Shown here piece after piece: positions 51,644 to 64,000 of a DNA stretch of 64,000 nt. Positions within the stretch are counted from its first letter, which is position 1. Every line of letters begins with the position of its first letter. The notes beneath the pieces were generated by a model, which saw only the letters and a program-made list of their open reading frames with translations, searched no databases and had not been told where the DNA came from. The stretch is from Mobula hypostoma (Eukaryota): NCBI RefSeq assembly GCF_963921235.1, contig NC_086097.1:52516001-52580000 (forward strand), given 5' to 3'. The position numbers and the translations under genes are program-made.

Positions 51644-53059
51644 TCACCCTGCCCTCAAGTTTACCTGGTCCATTTCTGACACCTCCCTCCCCTTTCTAGA
51701 TCTTTCTGTCTCTATCTCTGGAGACAGCTTATCTACTGATGTCTACTATAAGCCTACTGACTCTCATAGCTATCTGGACTATTCCTCTTCTCACCCCGTC
51801 TCTTGCAAAAATACCATCCCCTTCTCGCAATTCCTCTGTCTCCGCCGCATCTGCTGTCAGGATGAGGCTTTTCATTGCAGGACAAGGGAAATGTCCTCCT
51901 TTTTTAAAGAAAGGTGTTTCCCTTCCTCCACTATCAAATCTGCTCTCAAATGCATCTCCCCCATTTCACGTACATCTGCTCTCACTCCATCCTCCTGCCA
52001 CCCCACTAGGAATAGGGTTTCCCTGGTCCTCACCTACCACCCCACCAGCCTCCGGGTCCAACATATTATTCTCCATAACTTCCGCCACCTCCAACGGGAT
52101 CCCACCACAAAGAACATCTTTCCCTCCCCCATCTCTCTGCTTTCCGCAGAGATCACTCCCTACGCGACTCCCTTGTCCATTCGTCCCCCCCATCCCTCCC
52201 CAATGATCTCCCTCCTGGCACTTATCCTTGTAAGCAGAACAGGTGCTACACACACCCTTACACTTCCTCCCTTACCACCATTCAGGGCCCCAGACAGTCC
52301 TTCCAGGTGAGGCGACACTTCACCTGTGAGTCGGCTGGGGTGACATACTGCGTCCGGTGCTCCCGATGTGGCCTTCTATATATTGGCGAGACCCGACGCA
52401 GACTGGGAGATCATTTTGCTGAACACCTACGCTCTGTCCGCCAGAGAAAGCAGGATCTCCCAGTGGTCACACATTTTAATTCCACATCCCATTCCCATTC
52501 TGACAAGTCTATCCACGGCCTCCTCTACTGTAAAGATGAAGCAACACTCAGGTTGGAGGAACAACACCTTATATTCCGTCTGGGTAGCCTCCAACCTGAT
52601 GGCATGAACATTGACTTCTCAAACTTCCGTTAATACCCCACCTCCCCCTCGTACCCCATCTGTTATTTATATACACACTTTTTTTCTCTTTCTCTCCTTT
52701 TTCTCCCTCTGTCCCTCTGACTATACCCCTTGCCCATCCTCTGGGTTTTCCCCCCCTCCCCCTTTTCCTTCTCCCTGGGCCTCCTGTCCCATGGTCCTCT
52801 CATATCCCTTTTGCCAATCAGCTGTCCAGCTCTTGGCTCCATCCCTCCCCCTCCTGTCTTCTCCTATCATTTTGGATCTCCCCCTCCCCCTCCCACTTTC
52901 AAATCTCTTACTAACTCTTCCTTCAGTTAGTCCTGACGAAGGGTCTCGGCCTGAAATGTCGACTGTACCTCTTCCTAGAGATGCTGCCTGGCCTGCTGCA
53001 TTCACCAGCAACTTTGATGTGTGTTGCTTGAATTTCCAGCATCTGCAGAATTCCTCGTG
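51644..53059 (+). mobile_element. Penelope-like element inserted in the RTE
   Basis: [11 protein letters not shown]...LPFLDL, VTYCVRCSRCGLLYIGETRRRLGDHFAEH; 13-bp TSD TCTACCTATGTTT at 51631-51643 and 53060-53072. Confidence 0.92.
52929..52964 (+). ncRNA. Hammerhead motif, variant GAAAUGUC
   Basis: Same architecture as 27052-27087 with CpG-type substitutions. Confidence 0.6.
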
Positions 53060-54386
53060 TCTACCTATGTTTCATTGACTATACAAAAGCTTTTGACACT
53101 GTCAGACAGCGAGACCTTCTGGAAATGCTTCAAGATCTTGACATAGATGGGGAAGATATATGTTTCTTAAGAAACGTATACTGGGACCAGACAGCATCCA
53201 TCAGAATAGAAGGAGGAGTGAGTGAGTGAGTGAGTATGTGAGTCTCATGAGAGGACTCAGGCAAAGTTGTGTCTTTTCGCCAGACTTATTCAACCTGTAT
53301 AGTGAAAATATCTTGAGAAGTATCAAAGACATCAAAGGATTCACAATTGGAGGCCATAATATAAATAACATCAGATATGCTGATGACATCGTACTAATAG
53401 CTGACAACAAAGTCAACAAATTCAGATATCTTGGCAGCCTAATAACGAGTAATGGCAGGTGTGACACAGATATCAAATACAGAATAGCAATGGCGAAAGA
53501 AGCTTTCCAAAAAATGAAGACCATATTAACAGTCAGAAAGATGAGCACGTACACTAAAAACAGAGTACTGCCGTGCTACATTTATTCTGTCCTGACTTAT
53601 CGAAGTGAATGGTGGACCATTTCTCCAGCAATGGAAAAGAGACTAGAAGCAGCTGATTTATGGTTCTACAGGAGAATGTTAAAAATATCATGGACTACAC
53701 ACACACATCAAATGAAGAAGTTCTCAGAAGAGCCCAAGCAGTTTGATCACTCATACCAACAATAAGAGAAAGACAACTCAGATTCCTAGGACACATCACG
53801 CGGAAAGATGAACCAGAAAAACTCATACTCTCTGGAAAGATTGAGGGGAGCAAACCTAGAGGAAGACCTCGGCTTATGTACATCAAAAGCATAGCCAGGT
53901 GGCTACACATCGAGGAAATGGAAGCCATCCAAAAAACGAAGGATAGATCTATATGGAAAACCATGGTCACCAAAGTCTGCATCGGATATGGTACCTAGAC
54001 AGACAGACATTCTAAGGGATCAGATTTATAAGTACTTGCGTATACAGGACCTGCTTAGGGATAGCCAACATGACTATATGCATGGTAGGTCATATCTAGC
54101 TAATGTTATAGAGTTTTTCGAGCATATTACTAGGAAAGTTGATGCATGAAAGACAGTGGATGTTGTCCATATGGACTTCAGCAAGGCCTTTGACAATGTC
54201 CTGCATGGGAGGCTGGTCAAGCAGGTTCAGTCGCTTCGCGTTCAGGATGAGTAGTAAATTGGATTCAACATTGGTTTAACAGGAGAAGCCAGGAGTGGTA
54301 GTAGATGACTGCTTCCCTGATTGGAAGCCTGTGATTACTGGTGTGCTGGGTCAGTTGTTGTTTGTCATAACAGTATATCAACAATC

Positions 54387-54860
54387 TGAATTGAATTGAC
54401 TTCATTACTTACATCTTTCATATATACATGAGAAGTAAAAATCTTTACGTTACGTCTCCATCTAAATGTGCAATGTGCAATTTATAGTAATTTGTAATAA
54501 ATGATATATACAACAGGACAGTCAATATAACATAGAAATACAATTGTATCAGCATGATGGCCTGGTGGAAGAAACTGTCCAAGAGCCTGTTGGTCCTGGC
54601 TTTTATGCTGCTGTACCCTTTCCTGGATGGTAGCAGCTAGAACAGTTTGTGGTTGGGGTGACTCTGATCCCCAATGATCCTTTGGGCCCTTTTTACACAT
54701 CTGTTTTTGTAAGTGTCCTGAATAGTGGGAGGTTCACATCTACAGATGCGCTGGGCTGTCCACACCACTCTGCAGAGTCCTGCGATTGAGGGAAGTACAG
54801 TTCCCATACCAGGCAGTGATGCAGCCAGTCCGGATGCTCTCAATTGTGCCCCTGTAGAAA
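54387..54860 (-). mobile_element. Rex1/Babar-like fragment inserted in CR1; same family as 13165-13918
   Basis: [19 protein letters not shown]; (TGAAT)n tail on plus strand. Confidence 0.8.
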
Positions 54861-56176
54861 GGTAATATGATAAACTGGATCAGCAAATTTGCAGATGACG
54901 GCAAGAATGGCTATCAAAGCTTGCAGCAGGATCTGGACCAGCCGAAAAAAAGGAAGCTAAAAAATAGCATATGGAACTTTTAGGTGTGAGGTGTTGCACT
55001 TTGGACAAACCAGGGTAGGAACCAGGACAAACCGGGATAAATGTTAGGGCACTGAAAAGTGTGGTAGAACAAGGGGATTTGGGAATTCCTTGAAAATGGC
55101 ATCACAGGTAGATAGGGTAAATAGGGTTGTATAGAGAACTTTTGGCACATCGATCGTCATAAATCAAAAGTGAGTACATGAGTTGGGATGTTATGTTGAA
55201 GATGTATAATAGATGTTAGTGAGGCCAAATTTGGAGTATTGTGTGCAATTCTGGTCATCTACCTACAGGAAAGATATCAATAAGATTGAAAGGGTTCAAA
55301 GAAAATTTATAAGGATGTTGCTGAAACTTGAGGACCTGTATTATAGGGAAAGGCTGACTAGGTTGGGCCTTTTTCAATTCAATTCAAGTTTAATTGTCAT
55401 TTAACCGTACATGAATACCCAGGAATACAACCAAGCGAGACAGCATTACTAGGGGGTCTAGATGCAAAATCACATTACCAACAGTCTCACACAGTAAGCA
55501 CACACACGGTCACAATCACGTCATAAGAGTCCTGAAGCCCACCTCCCCTCCTCCCCCACCCCCCTGTGATGCTGCAGCCTGATGCATGCAAGTCAACAAA
55601 CGCACACAGAATATCAGCAATATGCATGTATATATACAGTCCAGACCCCCCAGCCTGCCAACATCATCTGTTGACTAGTCCCTGACTTCCACTAGGTGAA
55701 TCCGTGGTTTTGAAGCCCAGTCCTCCAATATACAAAAGCACATATGGAATATTAATGAAAACACAACCAGACAAACATATTCGATAGATGTATTCAAAAT
55801 TACGAGGGATATAGAGAGGGTAAATGCAAACAGGCTTTTCCCACTGAGAATGGGTGAGACTAATACTAGGGGGTCATAGGTTAAAGTTGAAAGGTAAAAT
55901 ACTTAAGCAGAACCTGAGGGGGAGCTTCTTCACTCAGAGCGTGATGTGAGCGTGGAATGAGCCGTCATTGCAAGTGGTGGATGTAGGTTCATTTTCAGAT
56001 TTACGAGAATGTTGGGAGCCACATGAAGAGCTGTAGTCTAGGCAGAATAATAGTTTGGCATGGACTAGATGGGCCAAAGGGCCTGTTTCTGTGATGTAGT
56101 AATCTATGACTCTAGGTTGAAATTTTCCTTTTGTGAAAATGCATCAATTCAATTATCAAATGAAATGCTCATGTGA

Positions 56177-57259
56177 ACATAGAAACATAGAAAATAGGTG
56201 CAGGAGTAGGCCATTCGGCCCTTCGAGCCTACACCGCCATTCAGTATGATCATGGCCAATCATCCAACTCAGAACCCTGTACCTGCCTTCTCTACATACC
56301 CCCTGATGCCTTTAGCCAAAAGGGTCATATCTAACTCCCTCTTAAATATAGCCAATGAACTGGCCTCAACTGTTTCCTGTGGCAGAGAATTCCACAGATT
56401 CACCACTCTCTGTGTGAAGAAGTTTTTCCTCATCTCGGTCCTAAAAGGCTTCCCCTTTATCCTTAAACTGTGACCTCTCGTTCTGGACTTCCCCAACATC
56501 GGGAACAATCTTACTGCATCTAGCCTGTCCAATCCCTTTAGGACTTTATACGTTTCAATAAGATCCCCCCTCAATCTTCTAAATTCCAGCAAGTATAAGC
56601 CTAGTCGATCCAGTCTTTCATCATATGAAAGTCCTGCCATCCCAAGAATCAATCTGGTGAACCTTCTTTGTACCCCCTCTATGGCAAGAATGTCTTCCCT
56701 CAGATTAGGGGTCCAAAACTGCACACAATACTCCAGGTATGGTCTCACCACGGCCTTGTACAACTGCTCCTGTACTCGAATCCTCTTGCTATGAATGCCA
56801 GCATACCATTCGCCTTTTTCACCGCCTGCTGTACCTGCATGCCCACTTTCAATGACTGGTGTACAATGACACCCAGGTCTCGTTGCACCTCCCCTTTTCC
56901 TAATCGGCCACCATTCAGATAATAATCTGTTTTCCTGTTCTTGCCACCAAAGTGGATAACCTCACATTTATCCACATTAAATTGCATCTGCCATGAACTT
57001 GCCCACTCACCTAACCTATCCAAGTCACCCTGCATCCTCTTAGCATCCTCCTCACAGTTAACACTGCCACCCAGCTTCATGTCATCCACAAACTTGGAGA
57101 TGCTGCATTTAATTCCCTCGTCTAAGTCATTAATATATATCGTAAACAACTGGGGTCCCAGCACTGAGCCTTGCGGTACCCCACTAGTCACTGCCTGCCA
57201 TTCTGAAAAGGTCCCGTTTACTGCCGCTCTTTGCTTCCTGTGTGCCAACCAATTCTCTA
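56177..57259 (-). mobile_element. Relatively intact CR1 3' RT fragment
   Basis: [39 protein letters not shown]; catagaaa-repeat tail. Confidence 0.92.
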
Positions 57260-57516
57260 CCCGTTACAACCAAACATTAGCATATGCTTTATGTACTGTA
57301 TATTTCTGTTAATAGTTGAAATGAAACGTGCTTTTCTGAAAGAGGTCCTGGAACTTTGACAGAATCTTGCCATATTTATTGTGGACACAAAGTATTTATT
57401 GCATTACTTATTAGTAATAACATTTTGGAGCATCTTTATAAATAATTATCATTGAAGCAATTACCCCAAATGGTAGATTAGAAATATACAAGAAATAATG
57501 GTGGAGAGTCCATGCT

Positions 57517-57656
57517 TTTGTTGTTCAGTCATTAAGTCGAGTCTGACTCTTTGTGGCCTCATGGACCATAGGGTCCATAGGGATTTTTTGGCAAGATACG
57601 GACCATCTCCCTTGAAGTCCAGCGCTGATCCCACTACACCACCAGCCGGCACTTGA
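57517..57656 (-). mobile_element. Short SINE with tRNA-like head and RTE/BovB-like tail
   Basis: Minus strand: gccggctggtggtgtagtgg head; tail gagtcagactcgacttaatgactgaacaacaa; TSD CCATGCT. Confidence 0.7.
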
Positions 57657-59062
57657 CCATGCTAGCCCATAATTAACTTCTGCTCATAAATCTTCACTCA
57701 ACAACTGGAGATTGAGGCATTCTCATCACAGTGCCTGAAGAGGGCACTATTACTTAAACTAAGCTGTTATGTTGAATTTATGACATTATCTTGTATTCAT
57801 CATTGGGTGATAGTAGGTTTGAAAAGGAAACATGAAGTTGATTGGGATTTACAACAAGCAATTGTGTGACAAAAAGATCAACTCCAAGGATGTAATAACA
57901 TTTGGGGGTTAGATCAGAAGCTCTCCTTTTTATGTGATAGAAAATTATTAATATAAGATGACGTTCCCTAGCATGAGAGTATAGTTTTGTTCTCACTGGA
58001 CTGTAATATGTATATATTGTAGATCTAGCAGACCATGTAGCCCCATAAACATATTATTAATGAAGCATCCCAAATTCCTTCACTGGAATGACTGGACTGT
58101 GAAATGACTACTGATGTAATTTTGACATTGAATTACATGAGGCTATTAAGGCAGAAAGGTTCTGAGGAGGATTGGAAGGTGAAGACCTAGGGAGTTAATT
58201 CCAGAGTTAAGACCCTAGCCAATTTATAGCATGACCTCAAAGGTGGAGAAAAAACACCTTGGGATGCACAGGAAGCAGAATTGCCATTGCACAGGAGTGA
58301 CAAATCCTAGTCAAAGTGAGAGCATGGAAACATTTTAAACAACACTTTTGACATTGAGTTTAGAGTGAGCAGATTGTTTAACTCCCCATCACCCAACAAC
58401 TGTATTAATCTGTTATTCTCTTAATCACAGGGCCATGAAAAACTGAATCCATTGCTTGTGTGGCCACTGGAGAGGTATCATGTACCAAAGAGGGAGCATC
58501 TAATCTTCCCTTTTTTGTTGCTTTTGCACTATTTGTCTTCTTCTCCACATATACAATCTATAATTTTCCAGCTGAGCTAATGCATCACAAATTAAGGAAT
58601 TATAAACAGTGTCCAATGAAGTGTTTTAAGGTTCTCCGAGAGGTTTGCCCTCTATTTACTTATTCCTTCTAATTAAGGCACAAGTCCAAGAAAATGCTAA
58701 GGCAAATTCATACCCAAGAGCTAAAGTTTTAAGGATTTCATCCTCTCCTTGGGCTGGGCAGCTCATGTCTTACTAATATTACTGAGGTTTTTGAAGAGGT
58801 GATGAAGATGATTGATGAAGGTAAGAAAGTGATGTTGTCTCCATGGACTTTAGTAAGACATTGGGCAAAGTCCCCCAATGTAGGCTGATTCACAAGCCTA
58901 CTATGTGAGATGGGATCCACAAAGACTGCACAGTTCCGATTCAGAATTGGCTGGGCCAAACAAGACACAGGATAGTGGAGGAAGGGTGTTGTTCTGCATT
59001 GGAGGTGCATGCCCACAGGTGTTCAGAAAGGATTTCTGCTGGTACTTCTGTTGTTTGTGTTT

Positions 59063-59093
59063 TACACACACACACACACACACGCACACACAC
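59063..59093. repeat. (CA)n microsatellite
   Basis: acacacacacacacacacacgcacacacaca. Confidence 0.95.
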
Positions 59094-59422
59094 AATTTTT
59101 GATGAAAAGGTAGATAGGTGGGTTAGTAAGTTTGCAGGTGACACAGTGATTGGTGGAGTTGTGGACAGTGAGGAAGGTTATTATAGGATCAGCAGGATAT
59201 AGGTAAGTTACAGATATGGTCAGAGACATGACAGATGGAGTTTAATCCAGGCAAGTGTGAGCTTTTGGACTTTTGAAGATCAAACATAAGGGGAAAGTAT
59301 ACAGTTGTACCATATACATAATTTTTTATTCCTTAGCCATACTTTAATAACTAACTTTATTTATATATGTCAAAGTTGCTGGTGAACGCAGCAGGCCAGG
59401 CAGCATCTGTAGGAAGAGGCGC

Positions 59423-59458
59423 AGTCGACGTTTCAGGCCGAGACCCTTCGTCAGGACT
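59423..59458 (-). ncRNA. Minimal type I hammerhead ribozyme motif
   Basis: Minus strand AGUC-CUGACGA-A-GGGUCUCGGCCU-GAAA-CGUC-GACU. Confidence 0.7.
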
Positions 59459-60077
59459 AACTGAAGGAAGAGTGAGTAAGGGATTTGAAAGTTGGAGGGG
59501 GAGGGGAAGATCTAAAATGATAGGAGAAGACAGGAGGGGGAGGGATAGAGCCAAGAGATGGACAGGTGATAGGCAAAAGGGGATACGAGAGGATCATGGG
59601 ACAGGAGGTCCGGGAAGAAAGACAAGGTGGGGGGGGGACCCAGAGGATGGGCAAGAGGTATATTCAGAGGGACAGAGGGAGAAAAAGGAGAGTGAGAGAA
59701 AGAATGTGTGCATAAAAATAAGTAACAGATGGGGTATGAGGGTTCAGTTCCCCCTCCCCCTCCAACTTTCAAATCCCCTACTCACTCTTCCTTCAGTTTC
59801 GTACCCGATCTGTTACTTATTTTTATGCACACATTCTTTCTCTCACTCTCCTTTTTCTCCCTCTGTCCCTCTGAATATACCTCTTGCCCATCCTCTGGGT
59901 TCACCCCCCCCTGTCTTTCTTCCCGGACCTCCTGTCCCATGATCCTCTCGTATCCCCTTTTGCCTATCACCTGTCCAGCTCTTGGCTCTGTCCCTCCCCC
60001 TCCTGTCTTCTCCCATCATTTTGGATCTCCCCCTCCCCCTCCAGCTTTCAAATCCCTTACTCACTCTTCCTTCAGTT

Positions 60078-60113
60078 AGTCCTGACGAAGGGTCTTGGCC
60101 TGAAACATCGACT
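60078..60113 (+). ncRNA. Hammerhead motif, variant GAAACAUC
   Basis: AGUC-CUGACGA-A-GGGUCUUGGCCU-GAAA-CAUC-GACU. Confidence 0.6.
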
Positions 60114-62011
60114 GCACCTCTTCCTACAGATGCTGCCTGGCCTGCTGCGTTCACCAGCAACTTTGATGTGTGTTGCTTGAATTTCCAGCATCTGCAGAAT
60201 TCCTGTTGTTTTTATTTATATATAATTCTTTATAATTGTTGAATGTTGTTTTCTTATTGTATGTCATGCCCTAACCAGCACACTGTAGCAAATTGCTATT
60301 ACATGTTCTGTAAATGTATATGGCCAATAAGGTTGACCCTTGATCCTTGATCCTTGATCCTTAATGGCAGGAAAATTAACAGCATTGATGTACAGAGAGA
60401 TATTAGGGTCCAAGACCATTGTTCCCTGTAAGTGGCTGAGCAAGTAGATAGGGTGGTGAAGAAGGTGGACTGCATGCTTTTCTCTATTGGTTGGGGCACT
60501 GAGTGTAGGGATAAGGAAGTCATGGTGCAACTATTGGTTGGAATGCATTTGAGTATTCTGGTCACCCATTATAGGAAGGTTGAGGAGTCATTGGAGAGAG
60601 TAGAGGAGGGCATTAATAAACAAGGGGATCTCGGGCACAAGTCCATCACTCTCTCAAAGTGGCAACACAAATAAATAGGATGGTAAGGAAGGCATACTTG
60701 TCTTCATTGACTGGGCCACTGTCTATAAATGTTGGCAAGTCATGTTGCAATTATGTAAAACTTTGGTTAGGCCACATTTGGAGAACTGTGTGCATTTCTG
60801 GTTGCTGCACTATAAGAAGGACGTAGAGGTTTTGGAGAAGGTACAGGAGGTTCAGCAGAATGGTGCATAGATTGGGATATATTATCTACAAGGAGAGAGA
60901 TTAGACAGCTTGGATTGACTTCTCCAGAGCTTTGGAAGTTGAGAGTTGACTTGACAGAAGCATATAAAATAATGAGAAGCCTGGATAGGATAGATAGTTA
61001 GAATATGTTTCCAGAGTGGAATTGTCAAATATCAGAGGGCATAGGTTTAAGATGAGAAGGATAAAATTTAAAGGAGATGTGCTAAGCATTCTTTTTCAAC
61101 ACAGTGGAGATGATAGAAGTAGATGTAATAGCAATGTCTAAGAGGCTTTTAGACACACAAACATGAACAGGCACGGAACAGAGGGATATAGACTACGTGC
61201 AGGCAGTTGTAATTAGTTTATGGTGGCATCATGGTTGCTTGAGACTTGGTGAGCTGAAGGGCTTATTCCTGTGCTGACCTGTTCTAATAAAGGGAGAGGA
61301 CCAATGAGTGTCTTACCAATGGAAGATTGCACTCCAAAAGTCCAAATTTTGGCATTGGAGCCAGAAAAAGGAGTTGCACAGAAAAATAACATCATTGGTT
61401 GAGTCACGGTAAAAAGAGCAGGGAATTGTCTGGACCAGTATCATAAAGGTCACCATTTGAACACACCAGCCTTCAAATTGGTGAATTAAGCATCTCTCAC
61501 ACAATATGTGTACTTGAAGAACAGTCACTAATTGAACCAATTTTTAGGCTGCTATGTAGAATTCCAAATGAAAATCTGATGACTTGCTTTGTGGAGGAGC
61601 AAACAGCCAATTAGCATTTTCAGATAAGCCTGAAGTAGAAGAGTTCAAAATCGTGGTCTATTTGGTCAATAGCATAACTTGCACACATAAAGATTTGACT
61701 GCAGGGATGAATAGGGTTACTTCAATGCTTCATCATTAAAACAAAGCAGCCTGAGAAAACCCCCAAGAGATCTATGATGCAACATGCTGGCTTGATGAAT
61801 TAGTTCTCTCCTGTCCCCTGCTACGTCAATGCTCCTGCCTCAGAATAAATATGGCAAGAAGTGAGATTCCTATTGGAAAATATAATATGTAATCAGACTT
61901 TATTCCAGTAAATCACTTTGAATAAAATGCCAAGAGTAAAAGCAATAGTAGTGGTAAGCTGCCCAAGTATTCTGTTATGATTAAGTGGGTTTGGCAAAAA
62001 GTTGTTTTTAG

Positions 62012-62214
62012 TTAGACAGCTGCATTGTCAGACTTCAGAAGAAGGCTCCCGAGTTCGAATCCAGCTAGCTCCCTTGAACGCTTTTCATCCGCGTTGGGTT
62101 GAGTGTCAAGCTAGCAATTTGGCCTCTTAAAAATAAGAAAGCCTGCTAAAAAAACACCGTCATGACGGCATCCCAATGACTCCACTCGGAGCTAAGGGCT
62201 TTCTTCTTCTTCTT
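62012..62214 (+). mobile_element. tRNA-derived SINE with (TTC)n tail
   Basis: B-box GAGTTCGAATCC; tail gggctttcttcttcttctt. Confidence 0.65.
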
Positions 62215-62925
62215 AATATGACACACTAAATCATCACTGGAGAGGCCAGTTGGTTTTAGAAGTTACATAATTAATTAAATGGAGATCAGCGTATGCAGTC
62301 AAGGTGTTTCAATTGATTGTAGTAAAAATACACCTGTATCTGTAAAGTCCAACTGCAGGTGAGTCAGTATGCTGGCAAAAACTACACTCTGAAGACAAAG
62401 GAACACTCTAAGCAACTCTGCAAAAAATTTATTGAAAAACACAAGTCAGGAGATGGATACAAGAACATCTCCAAATTACTGAATATCCCTTGGAGTACAG
62501 TTAAATCATTCATCAAAAAATAAAAAGAATATGGCACAGTTGTAAATCTGCCTAGAGCAGGCCATCCTCAAAAACTGAGTGACCGTGCAAGAAAGGGACT
62601 AGTAAGGAAGGCCACCAAGAGACCTATGACAACTCTGGAGGAGTTACAAGCTCTGGTGACTGAAATGGGAGAGACTGAGCATATAACAACTATTGCCTGG
62701 GTGCTTCACCAATCGCAACTTTATGGGAGAGTGGCAATGAGAAAGCCACTGTTGAAAAAATCCCACATGAGATCTTGGTTAGAGTTTGCTAGAAGGCATG
62801 TGGATTCTGATGTCAGATGAAAGATGGTTCTATGGTCTGATTAAACCAAAATTGAGCTTTTTGGCCATCAGAATAAACGCTATTTTTGGCATAAGCCAAA
62901 CACCACACATCATCAAAAATTCACC
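62215..62925 (+). mobile_element. Tc1 transposase pseudogene fragment
   Basis: KTKEHSKQL...KHKSGDGYKNISKLLNIPWSTVKS...LYGRVAMRKPLLKK...LEFARRH; stops and frameshifts. Confidence 0.88.
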
Positions 62926-62930
62926 ATCCG

Positions 62931-64000
62931 AGGAGTCACGTGACGCAATGAAAGAGATGGCCACTTAGAACAGTGCTCCGCACCGGTGGTATATAATTAT
63001 GCTTTAAAAATTTGCTTTCACAGTCTATTTTATCACTGTTGCAGCTCTAAAGTGTTACCCTCCATGTAAGATGCCAAAACAACTTAAAACAAAGGCTTCC
63101 GGAGATATTAGGAGGCATTTGAGGTTGCAGTGCTCTGGGCAGACGGCCTCTGATCAAAATGACGGAGGACCATTGTCTGAGGGAGACCAACATGAGGTGA
63201 GTCATGACTTGGCTGAATATATGTGGCTTTGAAAAAGATCTCGGATGACCTGGTAGGCCTTGAAGATATATGCCAATCTATATCATTAGTGGAGTCAAAG
63301 CTGTCATCACTGATAACCAGGCTTGCAGATGTCGAGAAGCGGGTTGACTATCTAGAAGCGGTGGATAAGGAACGAGGAGTCAACCCATTGGCTACCAAAG
63401 CGCATATTGACCAGCTAACAGATAAACTGGAGGACATGGAGAACCATAATCAGCGCAACAATTTCCGATTCATCGGCGTTCCAGAGGGAAAAGAGGGGCA
63501 GGATATCATCGCGTTCATGGATAAACTAGTTGTGGAGCTTGTCGGCGATCGGGAGAATAAGCTTGAAATAGAACGCGCACACAGAGCACTGGGCCCTAGA
63601 CCCAGTATCAGAGATAGGCCTCGGCCTGTCCTCGCAAGGTTCCTCAGGTCAAAGGATCGAGATTTTGTGCTGCAAGCGGCAAGGGTCAAGGGCAAGTTTT
63701 CCTGGGACAACAATCATGTTATGATCTTCCTGGACTTCTCCAGACCCATGCAAGTAAAATGAGGAAAGTTTAAAGAATGTAAGAAGGTGCTTTGGGGGTG
63801 GAATGTGAGCTTTGCGCTGCTTTACCCAGCCAAGCTAAGAATAGAGGCTAAGGACGGTTTCAAGTTTTTTGAGTGCCCATGTAAAGCAAGAAAATTTATT
63901 GAGGAGATGGGGGGTTTAACTACGCTAGTTAAATTCAGCAAGATGTGGGTCAGGTTGTGTTTGTTATTTTTTAAAATCTGATGGGATGTGGTATTTCTAC
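62931..64000 (+). mobile_element. L1-clade LINE 5' UTR and ORF1, running off the window
   Basis: Coiled coil then LEDMENHNQRNNFRFIGVPEG...LEIERAHR...PRPVLARFL...LLYPAKLRI; premature stop at 63760-63762. Confidence 0.85.

Larger units (their letters stand above)
51520..54008 (+). mobile_element. 5'-truncated RTE-clade LINE inserted in CR1
   Basis: [61 protein letters not shown]; (AGAC)n tail; TSD ATTCTAA at 51513-51519 and 54009-54015. Confidence 0.88.
50760..56115 (+). mobile_element. Decayed CR1 LINE hosting nested insertions
   Basis: NVVPMFKKGPKNKPGNYR...GKLLEGIL, continuing after 54015 (MDFSKAFD), LVRPNLEYCVQFWS, CR1 tail near 56110. Confidence 0.85.
59369..60210. mobile_element. Inverted pair of Penelope termini inserted as one unit
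   Basis: Arms about 59369-59743 (-) and 59800-60210 (+); 13-bp TSD TTTATTTATATAT at 59356-59368 and 60211-60223. Confidence 0.88.
58750..61290 (+). mobile_element. Highly decayed CR1 fragments with nested insertions
   Basis: SKFAGDTVIGGVVDSEEG and CR1 3' tail gagctgaagggcttattcctgtgctg. Confidence 0.7.

Noticed and set aside
59357..60242. Recurrent ORFs such as [15 protein letters not shown]... and ...[12 protein letters not shown]... as a gene family
   Set aside because: They are translations of the non-coding Penelope terminus; PDEGSRPET is the hammerhead core read as codons.
62040..62070. tRNA gene suggested by B-box GAGTTCGAATCC
   Set aside because: No cloverleaf; it is the head of a SINE with a simple-repeat tail.
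63223..63762. Host coiled-coil gene or domesticated L1TD1-like gene
   Set aside because: Typical L1 ORF1 with a premature stop, lying directly after a truncated Tc1 relic.

Overview
Repeat-rich vertebrate genomic DNA. The repeat families (CR1, V-SINE-type SINEs, Rex1/Babar, Neptune-like Penelope) suggest a cartilaginous fish, probably a ray; this is inference. The only host gene I can support is nidogen-2 (NID2) on the minus strand: a TATA/CCAAT promoter at about 34580-34700 and 10 phase-consistent coding exons from the ATG at 34508 down to about 10353 (signal peptide, NIDO/G1, acidic link, EGF, G2, two EGFs). I found no later exons in the window. The rest is mostly decayed transposons: a deleted Gypsy element, two related solo LTRs with 68-bp hairpin arrays, CR1, RTE, Rex1 and L1 LINEs, Tc1/mariner and Chapaev3 DNA elements, SINEs and many Penelope-like elements. 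Main observations: (1) a recurrent minimal hammerhead-ribozyme motif in the Penelope termini, including a 136-bp TSD-flanked unit and palindromic derivatives; (2) NID2 exon 10 has ATAAGT instead of GTAAGT at the expected donor, followed by an in-frame stop and AATAAA; (3) a three-level CR1>RTE>Penelope nest that creates an in-frame chimeric ORF; (4) solo LTRs upstream of NID2 carrying arrays of consensus splice donors. Coordinates of decayed repeats are approximate. No database searches were run.
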